DNA from: Candidatus Bathyarchaeota archaeon
GTDB taxonomy: Archaea; Thermoproteota; Bathyarchaeia; TCS64
Direction: 5' to 3'
DNA length: 64,000 nucleotides
Assembly (NCBI GenBank): GCA_963769425.1
Contig: CAVYLP010000001.1
Coordinates: forward strand, 224,001 to 288,000
Shown here: positions 18,145-28,968 of the stretch, one piece after another
Layout: each line of letters starts with the position of its first letter
Position numbering within the stretch: the first letter of the stretch is position 1
Notes under the pieces: generated by a model
Told to the model about the DNA's origin: nothing
Seen by the model: only the letters and a program-made list of their open reading frames with translations
Databases searched by the model: none
Translations under genes and position numbers: made by a program

Positions 18145-19338
18145 ATGGGCTCCGACTCACTAGTCGTGGGCGCGGGGCCTGCGGGTCTTCTAGCAGCCAA
18201 GCAAATCGCATCAAGTGGCTACTCAGTAAAGATTCTGGAGGAACACAGCCAGGTTGGGATCCCAAGCCATTGCGCGGGCCTAATTAGCATCGAGGGGCTC
18301 AAGCGTATCGGTGTCGTACCGTCGTTTAGCTTCATCCAGAATTCGGTCTACGGGAGCCGAATCTACTCCCCCGACGGTCAGTGCATCGAGATCCGGGACA
18401 AGCGCTCACGCGCACATGTCGTGGACAGGGCTGCCCTCGACCAGCACCTGGCGGAAATGGCCCTCGACGCCGGGGTGGAGCTAGTACTCGGAAAGAGAGT
18501 GGATAGGCTCACACTCACCAATGGTGCTGTAACAGGTGCTTCAGGTGCGGGCTGGGCCGAGGAGGCACGCATCGTCATCGACGCTGAGGGCCCCTCTCGG
18601 CGACTCGCCAAAGCAGCGGGTCTAGCCACTAACAGGCGAGCACCACTCCTCGGTGTGAACACCGAGGTTGAGTGCGAGATCGACCCAGAAATGGTTGAGG
18701 TCTGGTTCAGCGAGGAGACAGCTCCCGGCTTCTTCGCGTGGGTTATACCCACCTCCGACAGACAGGCGAGGGTGGGACTCGCTGCCAGGAACGGCGATCC
18801 AACAAGGCACCTCACTAACTTCATCAAGAAGCGCTTCAACTCAGCCTCCATCCAACCTCCGAGGGTAGGGCAAGTGCTCGTCGACGGTCCCCTAGACAGG
18901 ACATCGTTCCCTGGCATTCTGCTCGTCGGTGACGCAGCTGGGCACGTCAAACCGACGACCGGGGGCGGCGTGGTCCTAGGGGGACTCTGCGCCATCGAAG
19001 CGGGGAAAGCCTCCGCACTAGCCCTCGAATCCGGTACCCTCGACGCCACCTCGTACGACGAGGCGTGGAGGGGGCTCTATGGCTCCGAGTTCAAGAGTAT
19101 GCAAATGATGCGTTCCCTCGCAGACAGGATCTCAGATGAGAGGATGAACAGGTTCTTCGCCGCCTTCAATAAAGCGAAGTTGGGAGAGAGGCTCAACGAC
19201 CTCGTCTCAGAGGGGGACATGGACCTGCAGGATGGGGTGATCAGACGCGCCCTTTCGGAGCCCCGACTTATGCGTGCGGCCATTGGCGGCCTCGGAAGGC
19301 TCGTACTCGCCGAGCTGCGCGAGCTAGTCAACATTTAA
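18145..19338 (+). CDS. Geranylgeranyl reductase family FAD oxidoreductase
   Basis: VVGAGPAG, HCAG, APGFFAWVIP, LVGDAAGHVKPTTGGG. Confidence 0.9.
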   Translation: MGSDSLVVGAGPAGLLAAKQIASSGYSVKILEEHSQVGIPSHCAGLISIEGLKRIGVVPSFSFIQNSVYGSRIYSPDGQCIEIRDKRSRAHVVDRAALDQHLAEMALDAGVELVLGKRVDRLTLTNGAVTGASGAGWAEEARIVIDAEGPSRRLAKAAGLATNRRAPLLGVNTEVECEIDPEMVEVWFSEETAPGFFAWVIPTSDRQARVGLAARNGDPTRHLTNFIKKRFNSASIQPPRVGQVLVDGPLDRTSFPGILLVGDAAGHVKPTTGGGVVLGGLCAIEAGKASALALESGTLDATSYDEAWRGLYGSEFKSMQMMRSLADRISDERMNRFFAAFNKAKLGERLNDLVSEGDMDLQDGVIRRALSEPRLMRAAIGGLGRLVLAELRELVNI

Positions 19339-19372
19339 ATATCGAGCCAAGCTTGTATCTGGGCTGATCAGT

Positions 19373-19534
19373 ATGTCCATATGCATCTCTTGTGGCAGGA
19401 AGGTCGCCCCCGGGGAGAAGGCGGTCAAGATGAGCTGCCCCAACTGTGGCGCCGTAACGATCTGGCGCTGCGAGAAGTGCCGCCTCTTCGGCCGCGCATA
19501 CAGGTGCCCCGCCTGTGGATTCCAGGGCCCATAA
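19373..19534 (+). CDS. Small zinc-ribbon protein (DUF1610 / HVO_2753-like)
   Basis: Manual translation MSICISCG...CPNCG..IWRCEKCR..GRAYRCPACGFQGP*; four CxxC. Confidence 0.9.
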   Translation: MSICISCGRKVAPGEKAVKMSCPNCGAVTIWRCEKCRLFGRAYRCPACGFQGP

Positions 19535-19602
19535 ATAGACTAATTTAATTGTAAATACTCCCTCCGGAGGGATGATTTTACCAGAAATCGAATAGCCATT
19601 TC

Positions 19603-19977
19603 TCACTTCATCAGCGGGAGGTTACCTGTTATCTTGTCCAGCTTGTCATTCCGCTCTGGACCCAATCCCAATGCGGTGATGCTGCCCGGTGGCACCTCAG
19701 TGAGCCCCCTGTCCTGTATAACCGAGTAGACGACGTCCAACTTATCCGCCTTCTCCGCGAGCTCCTTGAGCTCCTCCTGGGAGTCGACCTGTAGGGCGAC
19801 CTTCTTGGCGCCCTCGTCGTGCCACTTCCGCCACCCCGCGTGGTTCTGCTGCTTCGCCTTCTCCGAGCAATCGACCGCCGCGTGGCACGCCTGCGCGATC
19901 ATCTTCCCAGTGCTCATCTTGAGGTCGGTGCGGATGACTATGCACATCTTGTACTCGAACTGGCTCTGCCTGCTCAT
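19603..19977 (-). CDS. pth2: Peptidyl-tRNA hydrolase Pth2
   Basis: YKMCIVIRTDLKMSTGKMIAQACHA, QDRGLTEVPPG, GLGP; ATGA overlap with the aspS stop. Confidence 0.95.
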   Translation of the reverse strand: MSRQSQFEYKMCIVIRTDLKMSTGKMIAQACHAAVDCSEKAKQQNHAGWRKWHDEGAKKVALQVDSQEELKELAEKADKLDVVYSVIQDRGLTEVPPGSITALGLGPERNDKLDKITGNLPLMK

Positions 19978-21254
19978 GGTTGGAGCCTCTCCCTGTCCCT
20001 CGGGAACATGCAGCACTCCCTGATGTTATCCTTACCCGTCACTATCATCGTGAGGCGCTCAAGACCGATGCTCCAACCCGCGTGTGGGGGTGCTCCGTAG
20101 GCGAATGCCTCGATGTAGCTCTCGAAGTTCTCCGGGTGCAGTCCCTTCTTACTGATTCTCTCGCGGAGCAGCTCGGGGAGGTGTATGCGCTGCGTCCCAC
20201 TGCTGATCTCGATGCCACCGTAGATGCAGTCGAAGGCGTGCACTACCTCGGGGTTATCCGTGTAGGGCATGGAGTAGAAGGCCTTCTGCGTCGCGGGCCA
20301 GTCCTTGAGGAAGAAGGCTTGCTCCCCGACAAGCTCCATCATTTTCCTTTCCTGGGGCTTCGTGAAGTCGTCCCCCCAGACGATCTGCTCACCCGTCTTC
20401 TGGAGCATCTCGATCGCCTCGGAGTAAGTGACGCGTTTGAAGGGCAGTTTGGGGACCACAAGGTCACGCCCCAACGTTTTCAACTCCTCGGGGCAGTGCT
20501 CCTTCACATCCTCTAGCATGTGGACGAGCACCCTCTCCAGTACCTTCATCACAATCTCGTCGTCGGCAAAGGCCTGCTCGATGTCCATCTGGCGCACCTC
20601 ATTGAGGTGGGTGGGAGTGTTGAACTTCTCCGCCCTCCAGATGGGTGTCACAGTGAAGACCTTCTCGAAACTGATGGCGCACATCTGCTTGTAGAGCTGG
20701 GGGCTCTGGGCGAGGAACGCCTTCTTCTCGAAGTAGGGTAGGCTGAAGAGGTCAGCGCCGCCCTCGGACGCTGACGCGATTATGCACGGTGGCTGAATCT
20801 CGACGTATCCGTTCTCTGTGAGCCAGCCTCTGAAGGTTGAGAGAATCCGGTTCTGTATCGTGAATATGGCACGGGTCTGCGGCGCCCTGAAGTCGAGGAA
20901 GCGCCAGTTGAGCCGAGTCTCCAGTTCGCTCTGGCTAGTCTCCGCTATGTCGACGGGGAGGGGCTGCCTGGACTTGTTGACGACCTCGATTACATCTGGG
21001 AAGAACTCGACGCCCGCGTTGGCGATCTTGCTCTGCTGCGCCATACCTGTGACGGCGATAACGTCCTCCCTGCCGAGGCCCTCCTTCGGGTAGAGGTCGA
21101 GGTTCTTCACCGTGACCTGAATCTCCCCCGTCCTGTCGCGCATCACGATGAACTTGATCTTCGCAAGGTCGCGGGTGCGGACCACCCAGCCAGCTATTGT
21201 GACCTGCTCGCCGACCCTCCGCTTGGCTTCAATGATGTAGACCCTCTCAAACAT
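19974..21254 (-). CDS. aspS: Archaeal aspartyl-tRNA synthetase
   Basis: OB fold, SEGGADLF, LAQSPQLYKQM, WRAE, EISSGTQRIH, PPHAGWSIGLER, FPRD. Confidence 0.95.
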   Translation of the reverse strand: MFERVYIIEAKRRVGEQVTIAGWVVRTRDLAKIKFIVMRDRTGEIQVTVKNLDLYPKEGLGREDVIAVTGMAQQSKIANAGVEFFPDVIEVVNKSRQPLPVDIAETSQSELETRLNWRFLDFRAPQTRAIFTIQNRILSTFRGWLTENGYVEIQPPCIIASASEGGADLFSLPYFEKKAFLAQSPQLYKQMCAISFEKVFTVTPIWRAEKFNTPTHLNEVRQMDIEQAFADDEIVMKVLERVLVHMLEDVKEHCPEELKTLGRDLVVPKLPFKRVTYSEAIEMLQKTGEQIVWGDDFTKPQERKMMELVGEQAFFLKDWPATQKAFYSMPYTDNPEVVHAFDCIYGGIEISSGTQRIHLPELLRERISKKGLHPENFESYIEAFAYGAPPHAGWSIGLERLTMIVTGKDNIRECCMFPRDRERLQP

Positions 21255-21315
21255 GAAGGAAACCCCTAAACTACCCTGCTAGGTGAGGGGTGGGTATAAA
21301 AATACTTTCGAGTGG

Positions 21316-21825
21316 CTAGTAGGCGTACTCTACACGCAGGTCCATCTTGCGGACCTTCTTCGCTATCTCTGTTAGGGCCTGTATACGCTTTTTGCTCAGC
21401 CGCTTCGCGCCCCGTGCACCTAGGACGACGCGTGTCTCGGTGCTCCCGTCGGGGAGCCAGATGATGTTGATCGTCACGATCTGCTGTCCCGAGAAGAGGT
21501 CCTCAAGGAACTTTCGGTCGTTCATCCCCGCCTCGATGACGACTACCTTCTTGTTGAGGGCGTCGCCGAGATCGCGTATGGGTTTGGGGTTGGCGTTGAA
21601 CTTCGCTGAGTCGCCCTTGCCGACGACGAGGACTAAAAAGCCCCCAGCGTCGACGACGTTGTCGAGGGTGACGGATTGTAGGAACGGGTTCTGGCCCTCG
21701 TAGCTGATGAGCTTCTTGGCTACTTCCATGTACTCGCTAGATACTGCGCCCGTCTTGATCTTGGTCTGGCACTTCGAGCATAGCATGCCGCTCTTGAGAC
21801 AGAACTCACATAGTTGCGTTTGCAC
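21316..21825 (-). CDS. Archaeal NusA-like (Zn + KH) protein
   Basis: LCEFCLKSGMLCSKC N-terminus, degenerate KH domain, IIWLPDGS. Confidence 0.8.
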   Translation of the reverse strand: MQTQLCEFCLKSGMLCSKCQTKIKTGAVSSEYMEVAKKLISYEGQNPFLQSVTLDNVVDAGGFLVLVVGKGDSAKFNANPKPIRDLGDALNKKVVVIEAGMNDRKFLEDLFSGQQIVTINIIWLPDGSTETRVVLGARGAKRLSKKRIQALTEIAKKVRKMDLRVEYAY

Positions 21826-21883
21826 TCAGTGGTCCTCCGGTCATCCGGGGGAGCCGCCGCGAGAGCCTAATCTATACGCGTCT

Positions 21884-22159
21884 TCACGGCTTGAGCACTA
21901 TCTCGATTGTGCTCACGTTTGAAGGCGTTGTGCGCTCCTCGGACTGGACCTGCTCGGTGCCTATCTTGATCTCCTGAACTGTGACACTGGGCATGAACCT
22001 GTTCCTGAGTACCTCCACGACGTCGACAGCCCTGCTGATGGACTGTCCGCGCGCCTTAACTAGTACAATCTCCTGACCGCTCTTGAAGAGTGTCATACAG
22101 GCGAGGACATAGTTGAGGACAGGCTTGCGTCCGATGAATACGGTGTTAGATCTCTCCAC
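21884..22159 (-). CDS. albA: DNA/RNA-binding protein Alba
   Basis: [35 protein letters not shown]. Confidence 0.96.
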   Translation of the reverse strand: MERSNTVFIGRKPVLNYVLACMTLFKSGQEIVLVKARGQSISRAVDVVEVLRNRFMPSVTVQEIKIGTEQVQSEERTTPSNVSTIEIVLKP

Positions 22160-22316
22160 TTTGGACTCCTCCAGACATTCGTTTTCTGTAGGTGTGCTAA
22201 CCTAGTTGTTGTTGGGTTAAAAAGTTATCGGGTTTTAGTGAAAATTGGGCTATTGTGGGGGTAAACTGCTCAATTCGTCTCATTGGGTTTTTTTATGAGC
22301 AGGTCGAGCGCGGCAC

Positions 22317-23013
22317 CTAAGCGTCCTTCCTGTACCTGTCATTCGTCCAGACGTCCGCGGTGTTGCTGTAGTAGCCGCGCTCCCAGAACCCCGGCTTGTC
22401 CCGGGTGGCGAAGGTGATCCTCGTGAGCCACATGGGTGACTTGTAGGCGTACTTCTGGGGGACGACGAGCCTCATCGGCCCCCCCAGCGGCTGGCTGAGG
22501 TCGCCACCGTTCAGCTTGTGGGCGAGAACGATGTCGCTGCCTTGTAGATCCGAGAGAGGGAGACTTGTCGTGTACCCGTCGGCGCACTCGAACAGTGCAT
22601 ACTTCACCCCCGCTCTTCCCTCCTGTAGATCCGACAGGGGGAGGCTTGTTGTGTACCCGTCGGCGCACTCGAACAGCACGTACTCCACTCCCTCCCTCGG
22701 CTTCACCCTTTCTTGTAGGGCGCTGAATAGCACACCGCCCCACCTCTGGGAGAGGACGCTCCAACCCTCCACGCAGTGGAAGTTGCTCACGACCTCGACC
22801 TGCGGGAGGGCCATGAAGTCGTCCCAGTTGAGCTTGAGCGGTGCCTCCACCTCACCGTCGACGACGAGGCTCCACTCCTTCTTGTCGATGATGGGGAGGA
22901 CGGGGGTGATGCCTGGGTGGTCGATGCCCCACCTCAGTATCTCCCTTACTGGGTGCCTGGTCCGGTGGGAGCTCGCCGCGGGGCCCCTCGGGTTTCTTCT
23001 TCCTCCAGAACAA
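22317..23013 (-). CDS. Sulfite-oxidase-like molybdopterin oxidoreductase; frameshift at about 22950 and internal 81-nt duplication
   Basis: FHCVEGWS, DGYTTSLPL (twice), GGPMRLVVP, YAYKSPMW, GFWE; N-terminus MFWRKKKPEGPRGELPPDQ lies in another frame from TTG 23013. Confidence 0.85.
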
Positions 23014-23099
23014 CGTCGAGTAATCCCGTTACAATCGGGGGAATTAAACCTGCCCCGGGCCCAGAATGGGTTAAACGCGTGGACCACCAAGGTACCATC

Positions 23100-23754
23100 A
23101 TGGATGAACGGGAGAGAGCTGAGAAGGTCGTAGCCCTGCTGGAGACCGCGCACCCCCTCGAGAAGGGCACGATGCTCCACTGGGAGACGCCCCTACGAGC
23201 TCCTCGTGGCCACGATACTATCAGCCCAGAGCACCGACGAACAGATCAACAAGCTCACCCCCGCCCTCTTCAAGAGGTACAGGACCGCCGCGGACTACGC
23301 CAACGCGGACAGGGTCGAGCTGGAGACCTACGTCAAGTCCTCGGGCTTCTTCCACAGGAAGGCGGAGCTGATACAGGCAGCCACTCGCCAAATAGTCGAT
23401 GACTTCGGCGGGGAGGTCCCCAAGACGATGGATGAGCTCCTCACCCTCAAGGGTGTGGCGAGGAAGACGGCGAACCTCGTTCTGGGGAACGCGTACGGCA
23501 TCGTCGAGGGGATCGCCGTCGACACACACGTGATGCGCCTGAGCCAGCGCCTCGGCTGGTCCAAGGAGAAGGACAGGGACAAGATAGAGAGGGACCTCCT
23601 GGCGCTCATCCCCCGCGATAAGTGGTTCGAGGTAAACTACCTTCTCATAACCCACGGGAGAAAGATCTGCGAGGCACAGAGACCCGACTGCGCCAACTGC
23701 GTCGTAAATAGGCTCTGCCCCTCCGCGTTCACCTTCCCCCACAACCGCAGATGA
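23100..23754 (+). CDS. nth: Endonuclease III, +1 frameshift at about 23192
   Basis: (YELL)VATILSAQSTD, HhH LKGVARKTAN, AVDTHV, C-x6-C-x2-C-x5-C; ATG 23100 frame joins at GCCCCT. Confidence 0.92.
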
Positions 23755-23901
23755 GCCAGTTTCACCCATCAGAGGCCCCCAACTTTCTGCTTTCAGTTTA
23801 TATTAAGGGATTCCGAGATTTTCCACGCCGACGACTACACCCATACTCCCGTAGCCGACGACACCAGCATCAGGGGGCGCGAGCCCCCACATCCTCAAAA
23901 A

Positions 23902-24423
23902 TTACTTCTTCGCATAGATCTGCTTGTATACCTTGGCCTTGCTCAGGGTCCTCTCACGCTCCTTCGCCATGTACTGGACCGTGACCTCCGTGACCTCGCT
24001 CTTCGGCTCGGCGGGCATGCCGAGGGCGACCATCCTCGGGGGAATGACCTTCCGGGGGCTCACGAGGGCGCCGGAGCCGACCATCGCCCCCTCGCCGATC
24101 TCCGCCCTGTCGAGCACGACGGCCTGAATGCCGATGATTGCGTTGTCCCCGATCTTAGCGCCGTGAACCGTGGCGCCGTGACTCACGATGACGTCCTTCC
24201 CGATGCTGACGGGGTTACCCGTCGGCGCCTCGATGAGGCACCCCTCAAGCACCGTTGTGCGTGCACCTATCACGACCTTGTCGTCGTCCCCCCGTATCAC
24301 AGCGTTCGTCCAGACGTTCACGTCCTCGTCCAAAGTCACATCGCCTATGACCCAGCTCCCAGGGGCCAGGAAGACACTCGGGTGAATCTTCGGCTTCTTG
24401 CCCTCGAACTCGATTACAGACAT
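23902..24423 (-). CDS. Gamma-carbonic-anhydrase-like hexapeptide repeat protein
   Basis: IHPSVFLAP..VIGDV, IRGD, VSHGATVHGAKIGD. Confidence 0.88.
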   Translation of the reverse strand: MSVIEFEGKKPKIHPSVFLAPGSWVIGDVTLDEDVNVWTNAVIRGDDDKVVIGARTTVLEGCLIEAPTGNPVSIGKDVIVSHGATVHGAKIGDNAIIGIQAVVLDRAEIGEGAMVGSGALVSPRKVIPPRMVALGMPAEPKSEVTEVTVQYMAKERERTLSKAKVYKQIYAKK

Positions 24424-24533
24424 GCTGAGAAAAATGGGGGCAGCCAGTGAAAAAACTACCTACAAATTATGGATGCGCTTGTTGTTCCTAAGGCTTTTAT
24501 CTCGTCCTTCCACCGTATCCCGCGGTGAAGGGG

Positions 24534-24923
24534 ATGGACTACAGGAGATACCTAGTCGAGGTTGGAACGGGGATCGACCTACACGGCGAGGACGCGACGA
24601 AGGCGGCCCAGAGGGCCGTGAAGGACGCGATAAGTCACAGCAGCATGATCGGCCTCGGCCAGCTGTTCAAGATCAAGAGTTTCTCCGAGATCGAGGAGGC
24701 ACTCATGGTGGATGTCACTGTTGCGGCACCTGACCCCGAGAAGGTGGACGGCGAGGCAGTCCTCGCGACGCTCCCCGAGGGAAAGAGGCGTATAAACGTC
24801 ATCAAGGGCGGCCTAAAGTTCCCCGCCGACTCGACGAAGGAAGAGGCGAAGACTCACTCGATAGTGATGGTCAACGCCGTCATCGTCGTACTCGTCGACG
24901 TTGATAAGGTCCCGAGAAAGTAA
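24534..24923 (+). CDS. Lin0512 family protein
   Basis: VEVGTGIDLHGEDATKAAQRAVKDAISHSS, VIKGGL, VNAVIVV. Confidence 0.85.
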   Translation: MDYRRYLVEVGTGIDLHGEDATKAAQRAVKDAISHSSMIGLGQLFKIKSFSEIEEALMVDVTVAAPDPEKVDGEAVLATLPEGKRRINVIKGGLKFPADSTKEEAKTHSIVMVNAVIVVLVDVDKVPRK

Positions 24924-24927
24924 GGGC

Positions 24928-25281
24928 TTAGAGGGGCTTACCGCACTTCGTGCAGAACTTCGCGTATCGGGTGTTCTCCTGGCCGCAGAACTTGCAGAAT
25001 ACGGGGGCCGACCTCTCTGCGACATTCGTCCTCGCCGTCTTAACATTCTTGTCCACCTCGTGGGCGACATCGCGGAACGTGTCCTGCACAATCTTTACGC
25101 CCTCGTCTATGGCCTTAGAGGCCTTGGTCAGCGCTACGTCCATCTCCTGCCTCCAGTGGGGGTCGGATGCCCAGGGAATAGAGACGTCCTCCTTGACACC
25201 CTTCTCGGTCCTCACGCCACACTTGGGGCAGAAGTTAGCCTCGGCGTCGATCTCCTTGCCACAGTTTGAACAGTAAGTCAA
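24928..25281 (-). CDS. Double zinc-ribbon domain protein
   Basis: YCSNCG..FCPKCG at the N-terminus and FCKFCG..FCTKCG at the C-terminus flanking a helical segment. Confidence 0.85.
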   Translation of the reverse strand: MTYCSNCGKEIDAEANFCPKCGVRTEKGVKEDVSIPWASDPHWRQEMDVALTKASKAIDEGVKIVQDTFRDVAHEVDKNVKTARTNVAERSAPVFCKFCGQENTRYAKFCTKCGKPL

Positions 25282-25375
25282 TTTCTACACCTATTCAAGT
25301 TTTGGGAATAAGAGAACTTTAACCTTGCTGGTCGCCTCCGATGGACTTATCCGTCCGAATTTGAAGGTTGAGACA

Positions 25376-26291
25376 ATGGACGAGGTTGACATCGCTCTAA
25401 TCCTCATGCTGCTCACAAACAGCCGCACACCATACCAGGAACTGGCGAAGAGGCTTAACCTGTCCGTCAACGCCGTCCACAAGAGGGTACAGTCACTCAT
25501 CGATGAGGGCGTTATCGCCGGCTTCACAGCGCGCCCCCACCTCGTGGTCCTCGGAGCCATCGACGTCATAATCTACGGAAAATCAGACACTGCGTCCATC
25601 CGAGACACCATGAAGAGGCTCTCGGAGAACGACTCCATCTATTGGGTCGCAGCCGCGAGCGGAAACTACCTCTTCGTCGGCTGCTACTTCCAGAACTTGG
25701 GGGAGCTCGAACACATCGCCGAATACATCCGCGAGAAGGGGAAGATACCAGATCCCAAGGTCGGCATAGTAAACTTGGGGTCGGCCCATACAAGGCACCA
25801 AGGGACGCCCTCGACGAGCTGGACTGGCAGATAATCTACCAACTCAAAGATAACTCGCGGAAGCCGCTAGCGGAGATCGCTGAGGTACTTAACACGTCAG
25901 CGAAGACGGTGAGGCGCCACCTAGATCGGATGATGACAATTACTACATCGACCTCAGCATAAAGTGGTTCCCGGACAAGGGAAACGACATAATCACCATC
26001 TTCCACGTCAAGACAGCGCGACGAGGAGGATCGACCCGGTGGACGTTGCGAAGAAGATACTCACCAAACATCCTCTTCACTATGATCTTCAGCAATCTCC
26101 CCGGGGAGTACCTGCTCGTCACCTGGACGAGGAACATGAAGGAGCTCCGAGACCTAGGCAACAGAATCGAGGGGGAAGAGGGCTTTGACTCGGTGTGGCC
26201 GAACATCCTCTACACCGGGGAGATATACCCGACGTGGCGCGAGAAGATGATAGATGAACTCGGAAGTGTGAGTTCCCTAAAGGTTTCATAA
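25376..26291 (+). CDS. Tandem two-module Lrp/AsnC regulator, several frameshifts
   Basis: MDEVD..NSRTPYQELAKRLNLSVNAVHKRV and LDELDWQII..NSRKPLAEIAEVLNTSAKTVRR; fragments in different frames. Confidence 0.8.
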
Positions 26292-26431
26292 AAGCTCATT
26301 GAGATTTTCTAAGAAAATTTCGATCAATTGGCTTGCTAGAACGTTAAAAATACCCAAAACCCAAATGATTTGGAAAATCAGCATCCTTAACACCGGAGGC
26401 TTACTGAGTACTCAATCTGAAGCGTGAGAAT

Positions 26432-27331
26432 ATGACTGAGTACAGGTACCCCAAGATCCCGGTGATAATCCCGGTCGCGATAGTGATTTTAGTCGTGGTG
26501 GGCGTCTTCGCCCTCCTCTCCGGGGCCAGCGTCGGAGTGGCGACGTCGCCTAGTTGTGGACCCCCTCGGCGGGACGGTGAGCAACCCCGTCGTCGGCCCC
26601 CGCTGGTTCCTGAAGCTCCCATACCAGAGCGTCGTCAAGGTGCCATACTCGACGCAGTACCTCATTCTCAGCGACAGCGATCCTAACGCCGACTTCGCCA
26701 GCCTCATGTGCTTCAGCAGCGAGGGCATCGAGGTGACGACGGACGTCGTAGTCCGCTTCGGAATAGACGTGAATAAGGCCGCCGCCCTCTACCAGAGCTA
26801 CCCCGCGATGAACTGGGAGCTGACGACCATCAACAGCATAACCAGCGAGACGACGAAGGGCATAACGAAGAACTACACGTGGATCGAGATCAAGGACAAG
26901 CGTGTCGAGCTCGCCAACCAGATACAGGGCGCCATAGTGGAGGCGCTCAGCGACGAGCCGAGCCTCAAAGGCGCGATAATCAACATCGAGGTCGACCTGA
27001 AGAACGTCGCCTTCCCGGAGAGGCTCGTCAACGAGCTTCAGGCGACCGTCGCTGCGCAGCAGGCGGTCGTGACGGCGGAGAACCAGAGGAAGAGCGCTAT
27101 CATCCTAGCGAACGCGACGGCGCAGACCGCCCTGATACAGGCGAGGGTGAGGCGAGGGCCCAGATCGCACGCGCGAAGGGCGAGGCCGACGCCATACAGC
27201 AGATAATCGCCGTCGTCGGCCAGGACGGCTGGCAGACCTACTACAACATGCAGAAGCTGAAGGAGATCAGCCCCAACATCGACACTCTGATAGTCGGGAC
27301 GGACGGCAACTTCCTCATCCCGCTAAAGTAA
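26432..27331 (+). CDS. SPFH/prohibitin (band 7) membrane protein, two frameshifts
   Basis: N-terminal TM, SSEGIEVTTDVVVRF, LKNVAFP, Ala-rich coiled coil ..AKGEADAI. Confidence 0.8.
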
Positions 27332-27386
27332 AAAAATAACGGTTATCTACAGCCACGGAAGTTGGGGAAGCAAACCTCCACCCGCT

Positions 27387-28814
27387 TTACCAGTCGCTCT
27401 TGCTCTCCAGCCACACCTTCGTCTCGGGGTGGATCTCAGGCCACGTCCTCACGTAAGCCTTCGCCTTGTCGGCGAGCTGGACCGTCTGGTCGTACCCCTG
27501 CTTCTTTATGAAGTCCTGTATCTCCTTCTGAGTCTTCCTCTTCGCCATCCACTTGTCCGCGTTGGCGACCCTGAGGAGGAAGCGCGTGTAGTTGGAGGCG
27601 GCGAGGCGGAGGTACTCTAGGTCGACCTTGTCGACGGTGTCGTACTTGCTGTGGCCGAAGCCCCGCCTGTGCTGGTGCGGATGGTCTCGGGGTCTCCACC
27701 GCTCCCGCAGGGGACGCTGCGAAGGAAAAAGGGCCAGTGGTCGCTGTAGGGGCTGACGCGCTCGAAGTAGGGAGCTCAGACTTCATCTCGGCTGGCGCAC
27801 TGGTCCATGAATGGTTCCAGCTCGGGAAAATCGTGGAGGATGACGCCCTTCCTCCCCTTGCTGCCCCCAGCGTCGAGGTTGAGCATGAATCGGATGTCGT
27901 CCATCTCGTCGGGTGCATAGCGGTGTAGTTGTAGCTGCCGTAGAGACCGATCTCCTCGGCGCCGAAGCAGATGCAGCGGACGCGTCTCTTGAGTTTCTGT
28001 TTTACCATCTGGAGGTTGCGGGCGATCTCCATCACGGTTACGGTGCCCGAGGCGGGATCCTCTGCGCCCTGACTGATGTCGTGCCCGTCGTAGTGGCTCC
28101 CGACGACGACGTATTCCTTGCTCCGGGATGTCCCGGGGACGTCTGCGATGACGTTGTAGGTGGTGACCTCCATGTTCTTGTCCGAGGTCTTTATGCTGAG
28201 CTTCACCTCTCCCTCGCGCTCAAGGGTGCGGACGAGGTACATCCCGTCCTCGTAGCTGACGCTTATTGATGGGATGATGGGGCTGATGCCTCCCGTCTGG
28301 GGCCCGTAGGCGGGGTACTGGTTCATGAATATCCAGCCCTTTGCCCCGGCGAGGACGCTCCTCATGAACTTCTCCGACCTGTGGAGCGCTGCGCGTCATC
28401 CCCAGCGGGTTCGCGCTGCTAACCATGACGATGTTGCCGTCGATCTCCGCCCTTCCTCTTCTCGTAGACGTCGACGGCGCCGTCGCCGAGCCAGACGAGC
28501 TTCGCCTCTACCTCGCCGCCGATGCTGTGGGGGAGGCTTATGCAGTCGATCTCCTTCTTGAAGGGGCTCACCATCGTGAGTTTCGCGGGGCCACGCCTCC
28601 AGCCGGGTATCTTGTAGCTCTCGTAGTGGGCGTCCTCGATACCATAGCCCTTTAGCTTCTCCACCATGTACTTGACGGAGCCGAGGTCACCCGGCGTTCC
28701 AGGGAACCTGCTCCCGTAGACATCGCAGAGCATCTTCAGGTTATCCATCGGCTCCGACGATGTGTAAATCTCCGACACTATCTTCTTGTCAACCTCAAGC
28801 AAGGGGTTGGTCAA
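27387..28814 (-). CDS. M28 family aminopeptidase with PA domain, multiple frameshifts
   Basis: GSRFPGT, NVIAD, VGSHYDG, GAEDPASG, FGAEEIGLYGS; C-terminal fragments in other frames ending at TAA 27387. Confidence 0.82.
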
Positions 28815-28968
28815 AACTAGCACCGAAGAACTGTTCACGCGCAGACGATTTAAAACATTTTAGAGAAAGTATACTCAGGGATATGAGCCCTCTTATTCTG
28901 GTAGAGATAATCGAGGGGCTATCGAAATGTCCACGCTAATCTAGAAGAGTATCTAAAACAAACCGAGA

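Noticed and set aside
22940-28500. Programmed ribosomal frameshifting or mass pseudogenisation
   Set aside because: The indels are in both directions, sit at short homopolymers and share no slippery motif, while catalytic residues are intact; sequencing error is more likely.
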